The notes beneath the pieces are model-generated. The model was not told where the DNA came from. It saw nothing but the letters and a program-made list of their open reading frames with translations, and did no database searches. This document shows, one piece after another, positions 1-9,000 of a DNA stretch of 64,000 nt. Every line of letters begins with the position of its first letter. Position 1 is the first letter of the stretch. A program made the position numbers and the translations under genes. Source of the DNA: Candidatus Multivoradales bacterium (GTDB taxonomy: Bacteria; Acidobacteriota; Thermoanaerobaculia; Multivoradales; JAHEKO01); contig CBDCVR010000013.1 in NCBI GenBank assembly GCA_965223155.1, positions 160,001-224,000 of the forward strand, written 5' to 3'.

Positions 1-3000
1 GACCGGATGGAGAACTGGGCACCGCCGACGACGTCACCTTTCTGATCGCTCAGGCGAGCGGCGAGGCGGAGTTCCTTGTCGAAGGGCGCAAGGAAGGCAC
101 CCACATCGTCGAGATCGACATGGAGGGGACGCTCGACGGTCTTCCGGGCGGAGTTCGCCGGCTCAGCGGCTCGACTCGGGGCGCTGTCTTGGTGCGGGAC
201 CCGACGTTTGGCATCACCATTGCCCATCCCGACGTCGTCCGGGCCGACGAAGAATACGATTTGCGGCTGACCGTCGCCAACACTTCGAACGCGCCGGCGA
301 ATCTGGTCAGCATCCGGTTGCCGGGATCGAAGCTGATCGGCACGGAGCTGGTGGATCCGAGCGCGTACCAGCAGACCATCGACACGCTCTTGCCCGGCGA
401 GTCGGAGGTCGTGACCTTCCGGTTGCGGTCCCGCCTGACAGGCCGAGTGGTCTCGACATCGGCCCGGAGCGACCAGCACATCAGCCCGACGTTTGATCTC
501 ACGGTAGGGGTGGGCGAGAACGGGATTCCGCTCTCGCCGACGACTATCGTCCTTCCCGACGAGACTGAGACGCTGCCGCCGGAGCTCCTGCGGCATTCGC
601 TGGGGATGGTCGGGTTGGGGTTCTCGCTGGCCACTGCTTCCGGCAGCGTGCGCGACCCGAACCTGCCGTTCGTGACTCGGGGTACGGTGGATGAGCGGAT
701 CTACTACCTTCGCGAGGCGGCCAAGCACGCCGACATGGGAGAGGACCTCTTCGATGCCCTGGCGCTCTTGAGCCTGGATTGGAATGGCGCTCGCGATCGG
801 GACTGGGAGTGGGATCGTCTGCGGCGCACGACCCAGCGTGGCGTGAACCTGGCCGCGGCCTACGGCGAGGTATTCGACACCGAGGCACAGGCCGTGGGCG
901 TCGAGGCCATGTTCGACCGTTTCGTCGAGACGGCCGGTTTTCTGGCGCCGCTGCATTTTGCGGCGAGCGCCGGCCAGGGTTCGCGGGTCGAAGTCGTGAG
1001 CCGAGCTACGGGTTTCGGCCTGGCGACCGGGGTCGAGCTCGAGGAGCGTGCGCGCGACTTGCCTTTCGGCGAGTTGTATCCCTTAGCCGGAGGGGAGCTT
1101 GCCACCGTTACGGTTCCGGAGGAAACCGGGCACCGCGTCGTCCTGCGCTCGGACGGAACGGCGCCGGCGGATCTCTACGTGCTCGTCCCCGGCGATCCCC
1201 AGGAGCTGCGGGTGTTGCGCTGGCGGAACGTCGGTCTGGACGCCAGAGGCACCGCGGCTGTCGAGATTAGCCCCGAGGACCTCCAGCCGTTGCTATCGAT
1301 CGACCTGGACGGCGACGGCATGGAGGACGAGACGCGGGTACCCGAAGTCGAACTTCTGAGCCCGAGGCCGTTTCAAGTGATTGCCGCGGTGCAGCGTGAC
1401 GATCCGCCGTCCGGGCAGGTCGTGGAGGTCCTTTTCACCCGCGATGTCGCCACCGAAAGTCTGGTGCCGCGCGATGCGAATCGCTTCACCATCCCGGGCA
1501 AGTTCTCGAACGGCGGCGTGCTGCCCACCGATGAGGATCGCTTCGGCGTCGTCGCCGAGACTTTCGCGGGTCTCCGCAACAGTCGGATCGTGGAGGTGGT
1601 CTTCAACAACGGCATCAGCCCGCTGGTGGAGAACTACCTAACCGTGGATGACGTCGACGGCGTCCTCGGTGACGTCGTCACAGACGAGACCGTACTCGTG
1701 GACACGCGGGTGACGATGCCGGGCATCCAGCTCACCGGCCAGGTCTTCGGTCCCGACGGCGAGCCCGTTCCGTTTACCGAAGTCTCGCTCTTCGAGATCG
1801 ACTACAGTCATTTCAGCGAGGCCTGCCTCCAGCACAAGACGGCGGTGGTGCCGACCGACGGCGAGGGCCGGTTCCGTTTTGACTACGTGCGCTTGAAGGA
1901 CCGCTGCCCGAGCTCCTTCGTAATCCAAGGCGCGGATCCATCAACGGGTCTGGACGGATCCGCGGTCGGGACCGTCCGCTTCATCGACGACACCCAGTAT
2001 TTGGACATTGTGCTACTGGGCCGCGGCACGGTTCGCGGCCAGGTGCGGTTCGAAACCGGGGAGCCCGCGCCGTTTCACAGGGTTCGGGCTCTCAGCACGG
2101 TCTTCCAGGAGTTCCCTTCCACGGGCACTGACGAAAACGGCAACTACGAGCTACGGAACCTGCCCGTCGGGCCGGTGTCGCTCGTGACCCGAGACGCGGA
2201 CGGCAACATCGCGCAGGCGACCGTCGAGATTCGCACCGCCGGAGCTGTCGTGGAGAAGGATCTCGTCATCTTGAGGCGGGACGAGCCAACCGGCGAGGTC
2301 CGGGGAACGGTCTACGAGGTGGATGGCACGACGCCGGTGGCGAGGGCCTGGCTGGCCTTGTACGTGAACGGTGCAACCGCCGGGGTCGTTCAGAGCCGTG
2401 TGGACGGCGGCTTCGCCTTCCCCGAGGTTCCAGCCGGTCCCGCGGAGATCGAGGTCTTCGACTCGCGCACCAATCGGTCCGGTGGAGTCCAGTTCTTCGA
2501 GGTCCTGGCCGACAGGGTCAATGAGGTCGACATCATCCTGCGGAACGAGACCGGCTCGATCGTCGGACACGTCTATCGAGACACCGCTTCAGGCCTCGAG
2601 CCCGCTGGCGGTTTGATCGTCGCCGTGGCCCGGCAGTCAAACCACACGACGACGGCGGCTGACGGTTCGTACCGGCTGGACGACGTCCTCGTCGGTGACC
2701 TCACGATCACCGCGTACGACTTCGCCGCCAATACCAAGGCCTCGCGCAACCTGACTCTCCAGGTGGATGAGGAAGCGACGGGCTTCGACCTCGTCTTTTC
2801 GGTACCGGGAACGGGCTCGATCTCGGGGATCGTGCTCGGCACCGACGGGCTGCCGGTTCCGTCGGCTCCGGTGCGGCGGGCGATCGGCACCACCTACGAT
2901 CTCGAGACCTTCACCGCTCTGGACGGCACCTTCCAGCTCGAGGGAGTCGGCGTCGGAACGGTGAGCGAGCTCCACTCGTTCCAGGGGACGAGTGGCGGCA

Positions 3001-6000
3001 TTGCGACGGCGCGCGTTCGTTTCGAAGGCGACAACCCCTTTGTCGAGATTCGCTACAAGTCCGGGACGCTGCGCGGTCAGGTTTCCGCCCGCAACGAAAG
3101 CGGAGAGCTCCTCGGCGTCCGGTCGTTGGTTTCGTATCACACCGTCGTCCCGGTCCGGGGCTTGCTGCGGACGAATCCTCTGCCGGTCGAGATCGAGACC
3201 GACGATTCCGGCTTCTTCGAGATCTCCAACGTCATCGCCGGGCGCTACTCGATCGTCGTCTCGAACGCCTTTCATGGGGAGAAGACCGTCTCCGGTGACC
3301 TCCTGCAAAACGGTGAAGTGATCGATCATGAGTTCATCTTCGAGCGAAACGGCAGGATCACCGGAACCGTTTTCGACATCGACGGAGTGACGCCCGTGCT
3401 GGGAGTGGAGGTCGAGCTCGGTCATCCGAACTTCAGCCAATTCACGGCCTTCACCGACGAGAACGGCCGGTTCCTGTTCGATCTGGTGCCCCCCGTGGGC
3501 CATCCGTTCCCAATTGTCGCGACCCTGGATGGCGCGATCTATCGGGTGGCGCAGGTGTACGTGTGTTTCACCGAGTTCGGGCAGGAGCTCGACGTCGAGA
3601 TCGTCCTTCAGGAGCAGGGTGAAATCGCGGGTTGGGTCGAAGACGCCAACGGAGTGCGTGTGGCCGACGCCAACGTGACCCTTCAGGAAACCGTCTTTCC
3701 GAGGCGCCGGCTCACCCAGACCACCGACGCGGATGGGCGCTGGTCCTTTGCCAACGTCTTCGTGGGCACGGTTTCGCTGGGTGCTGTCTCGAATCAACTC
3801 GGTGGCCTCGGCGGCAAGACCGCGGTGGCCTTGAACGAGGAGGGCGACAGCCTTCAGGACATCGTGATCCGCCTCGAGCCGACCGGTGAGATCCACGGCC
3901 GCCTGTTGAGTCCGGTGGACGGCTCGCCGGTCCCGAGTGGGCAGGTCACGCTCTTTCGCTCCGGCGTGGGCCTCTTCGACTCGGCGACTACAGATGCCGA
4001 GGGCGGCTTCGTGTTCGAACTTCTTCCTTTGGGGGGCTACTGGATCCGGGCCTTCGATCCGTCGACCGGGCGCTTCGGCTCGTCGGAGTACTTGGAGGTG
4101 GCCGCCAACGGCGAGATCCTCGAGATCGACCTGACGCTTGGCGGCCGCGGCACGGTGGATGGGCACCTGACCGAACCGGGCTCGGGCCTAGTGGTGCCGG
4201 GAGCGTCCATCAAGCTGGTGGCGCAGGGCGGAGTGCCCTTGGTCGCCTACGCCAGCACGTCGGCGGCGGGACGGTTCGAGTTCCTTGGCATTCCGGAAGG
4301 CGACTTCACGCTCACGGCCCGGCTCGTGGACGATCTGCGGCAGGCGTTTGGCACCGGAGAGATCCTGGGCGAGGGCGACCTGGCGACCGTTGATCTGGTG
4401 CTGGACGAGCTCCTCACGGTGGTCGGCACCGCGTTCAATCCAGCGGGATTGTCGGTGGGACCGTTTGCGCCCGTGACCGTGCAGCTGACGCAGTTTCGCG
4501 GCACGGCAACGCAGGTGATCGGTGCTTCGGAGGTGAATCCTTACCGCTTTGACGGGGCGATCGCGGGCCTCACCTACCGGCTCGAGGCCCAGGAGATCGG
4601 AGGTCTGCATCGAGCGTTGCGCTCGGGCCGCTTGCCAGATGCCATCCCAGGTGCCGAGGTCGAGATCGATCTCGACATCGTCCCGTTGGGCAGCGTTCAC
4701 GTGACGGTGGTCGATTCGGTCGGGTTGCCTGTCACCGATGCCGAGGTGCGCGTGACTTCGAATGGCCTCTACCGGACGAATCAGGTGCGATTCACCGGCG
4801 CCGGCAACACGGCGGAGTTTCTCGACGTGGGCGGCGGCGTGATCACGGTCTACGCCGAGAGCGATGCCCTACAGCTGGGCGGAGTCGAGAGCGCGAGTCT
4901 CGATTCCGAGGGGCAGGCCTTGCAGCTCACCGTGACGCTGGAAGCCGCGGGCGCGCTTTCCGGAGACGTCGTACTTGCCGATGGCTTGACCCCCGCCGCG
5001 GGGGCAATCGTCGTGGTGGCGGCTTCCGGCCGGACCTTTACGGCGTTCGCGGGAGCCGACGGGTCGTTTGAGATGCCCTCGGTGCCGGCCGGGACGTTCC
5101 GCGCGGATTTCCAAGAAGCGGACGGGCCCGGGAGGCGCACGGTCTTCGGTTCGATCGCCGGGCCGGGCGACCAGATTGACTTGGGCTCGGTAGTTCTGGA
5201 CGACGAGGATCCGCTTGTGGTTTCGATCGAGCCAGCCGCGGGCTCCATCAACGTTCCCGCTGAAGCCGCCGTCGTGGTGCGCTTCAACGAGCCGGTGCAA
5301 CAAACCGCTCAGAACCGCAACCGGGTGATGGTGCGCGAGGTCGACTCCGGGAGCGGGATCTCCAGCACCGCTGTCTGGGGTGACGGAGGCCAGACTCTGA
5401 CGCTGACTCCGACAGCCGCGCTCGGCAGCTTCGAGGCCTATCGGGTCACTGTCAGCACCGGGATCGTGGATCCGGCGTACCGGGCGTCGACCGTGGCCGC
5501 GGCGGCGACCTTCACGACCCTGGACTACCTGCCGCCCGAGGTCGTGGCGATCGATCCGGCCCAAGACGCTCTCCAGGTGCCGGTCGACGCCCAGATCGTC
5601 GTGACGTTCTCGGAGCCCGTGGTGCTCGAGTCCCTGTCCGGTCCGGCCATCCAGCTGACCGACGTCACGACCGGTTCAGGCGTGTCCACGACCTTCATCC
5701 TGCTTCCGGCCGAGCGGGACGTCGTGATCACGCCCGTGGGGGGTCTCGAGCCGGAGCGCCGCTACAGTTTGACGCTGCAAGGAGTCAAAGACGCGGCTGG
5801 GAACTCCTCGGGTCTCTTCGTCTCGACCTTCGAGACCATCGACGAAACCGCGCCCGAGATTTCGCTGACCGTGCCGCCCGGTCCGTTCAGTCCGGGCGTG
5901 GGCTACTCGGTGAGCGCCGTCGGGGTGGCGAGTCCCGATCTGGCGTCGGTGTCATTCTTCAAGAACGACGAGCTCGTAACCAGCGACTCCGAGGCTCCCT

Positions 6001-9000
6001 TTGGCGCGACCATCGTGCCCACCGCGGCCGACGGAGCTGCCGGTAGCCTGGACGTCGTCGCCGCCGGCATCGATCGCGCGGGCAACGTCGGGCCCGAGGT
6101 GCGCGTCACTCGAGTCGTTGCCGAAGATCTGCCGCCGTCGGCCTCGTTCACCCTGGATCCCTCGACCGAGATTCTCCCGAACGCGGTCTTCGAGGTCCAT
6201 GCCGAGGCCCAGGACGACGTCGGCGTCGAGAAGATGGAGATCCTGGTGACCGGCGGGCTCGCGGATCAGTACGTTGTCTTTCCGAGCGGGGATCCGGCCA
6301 GTGCCACGGCCGTTCGCGTGTTTCAGGTCCCGGTGACGCCGGTCGAGTCGGAGGTGCGAGTCGTCGTCCGGGCCACGGATACCCTTGGACAGGTCATCGA
6401 GACCGCGCCTCAAGCGCTCGCCATCCGCGCCGACGTGGATCCGCCGGCGATCACGGTCTCGGAGCCGCAGGCCGGCGCCGCGATCACTTCGGGCGAGACC
6501 CTTGCGGTCGACGCCACCGTCACCGACAACGTCACCGTCGATCGCGTGACCTTCCGGTTCGCCGGAACCGAAGTCGTCGACACCGCGGCGCCGTACACGG
6601 CGAGCTTCGTGGCTCCCGAGGTCACGGTCGACACCGCCCTTGACGTCGAGGTCGAGGCTGTGGATCCGGCCGGCAATGCGGCCACGGAAGTCGTGGCGAT
6701 CACGATCGAGCCCCAGATCAACCCCGACGTCCCGACTGCCGTCATCACCTGCCCGGCAGACGGAGATCCGTTTCTGCCGGCGATCGACCTGCCCATCGCC
6801 TTTTCCATCGCCGACGATCAGCTGATCCAGAACTACAGGATTCTCGTGGACGGCCTCCTGCTGGAGGAGCATCTCGCGGTCGACCAGCTCGAGGTCATCG
6901 GCTCGGTGCTCTGGTCGCCGCCGGCAGGCGTGGCGCCGGGAACCACTGCCTTGGTCCGTGTCGAAGCCGAGGACTATGCTGGCAATCTCGGCTTCGTCGA
7001 GATCACGCTGACGGTGCCCGTGGGCACGGTACTGGGGGATGGCTCGGTGCTGGATTCGAGCTACGACGGGCAGAGCGTGGTGCTCGGCAGCGGCAGCTTC
7101 ACCGTCGCCGAACCCGTCGCCCTGACCGATCTGACCCTGATCCACGGCGCTAGTCTGACGGCGTCGGTTCCGGTCGAGATCGCTACGACCGGCTCGACTC
7201 GACTGGCCTGCGGCAGCGTCCTGGACGTGACGGGCCAGGGGTACGCGGGTGGTGCTTCGCCGGCGGAGCCCGAGGGTGGGGCTCCGGCCGGGATCACCGG
7301 CTCGACGCCGGACGCTGGCGGCAGCCACGGCGGCTCGGGGAACTTCCGGGCTGGTGGCCCCGCCGGGGAGGTCTACGACTCGGTGTACGTGCCGCAGCTT
7401 GCGGGCGGCGGCGGGGCGCATGACAACGACTCGTGCTGCGCCGGCGGTGCGGGCGGTGGGGTGGTGGAGCTGGTGGTGGGCGAGCTGGTGCTGGAAGGCT
7501 CGATCGTTTCCCAGGGCGAGTTTCCCGGGCACAACACGAGCCGTCCGAGCGGCGCCGGCGGCACGGTGCTGGTGGAGGCGGGGACGGTCCGGGGCTCGGG
7601 CACGATCGACGTGTCGGGCGGCGACTCGTCGGACTGCTCGGGCAGCCATACGGTGGGTGGCGGCGGAGGCGGCCGGGTGGCGCTCTATGTGGACGTCCTG
7701 GACGGGTTCGACCCGGCGGCGCAGGTGACGTCGGCGGGCGGTGCGATGACGTACTGCGGCACGACGATGGCGGGGTACGCGGCGCCTGGGACGGTGTACG
7801 TGTTCGAGACCGGCGATACCTACGGAGATCTCATCGTGGATGGGTTGGACCGAACGGGCAACGTGCCGGTGACCGAGCTTCCGGCGCTCGGTACGGGTAT
7901 GGTGGTCGGGACGGAGGTTGCGGGAGCGGACCTTTGGGTGACGGGTGACGGGCTCTTCCGGACGCGCTGGGTGGGGGCCTGGATGGTGTTGGAGGATGCT
8001 TCGGGCGCTGCGCTTGGCGGGTTCCAGGTGGCCGAAGTGGACGGCTCGGGCCGGGTGTTGCTGGCCGGAGCGGGCGGCGTGGTGGGCGCGACCGGCTACC
8101 GGGGCGAGTACCGGTTCGACGAGATCCGGCAGTTGCGGGGCGGGAGCCTGTCCACGATCGATCCGTTGCTGACGGGCGACGTGGTGATCGGCGCGGGGAA
8201 CGCGGTGCTGCCGCGGCGAATCGAGACGCAGAACCTGACGCTCTTGCCGGGAGCGGTGGCGCGTGCGGGCGCGGATGGGGTCTTCGAAGGCGCGGTGTCC
8301 GGCATCTTGACGATCGAAGCCGGAGCCTCGCTCGACGTGACGGGTCAGGGGTATGCGGGTGGTGCTTCGGCGGCGGAGCCCGAGGGTGGGGCTCCGGCCG
8401 GGATCGTGGGCTCGACGCCGGACGCTGGCGGCAGCCACGGCGGCTCGGGGAACTTCCGGGCTGGTGGCCCCGCCGGAGAGGTCTACGACTCGGTGTACGT
8501 GCCGCAGCTTGCGGGCGGCGGCGGGGCGCATGACAACGACACGTGCTGCGCCGGCGGTGCGGGCGGTGGGGTGGTGGAGCTGGTGGTGGGCGAGCTGGTG
8601 CTGGAAGGCTCGATCGTTTCCCAGGGCGAGTTTCCCGGGCACAACACGAGCCGTCCGAGCGGCGCCGGCGGCACGGTGCTGGTGGAGGCGGGGACGGTCC
8701 GGGGCTCGGGCACGATCGACGTGTCGGGCGGCGACTCGTCGGACTGCTCGGGCAGCCATACGGTGGGTGGCGGCGGAGGCGGCCGGGTGGCGCTCTATGT
8801 GGACGTCCTGGACGGGTTCGACCCGGCGGCGCAGGTGACGTCGGCGGGCGGTGCGATGACGTACTGCGGCACGACGGTGGCGGGGTACGCGGCGCCTGGG
8901 ACGGTGTACGTGTTCGAGACCGGCGATACCTACGGAGATCTCATCGTGGATGGGTTGGACCGAACGGGCAACGTGCCGGTGACCGAGCTTCCGGCGCTCG

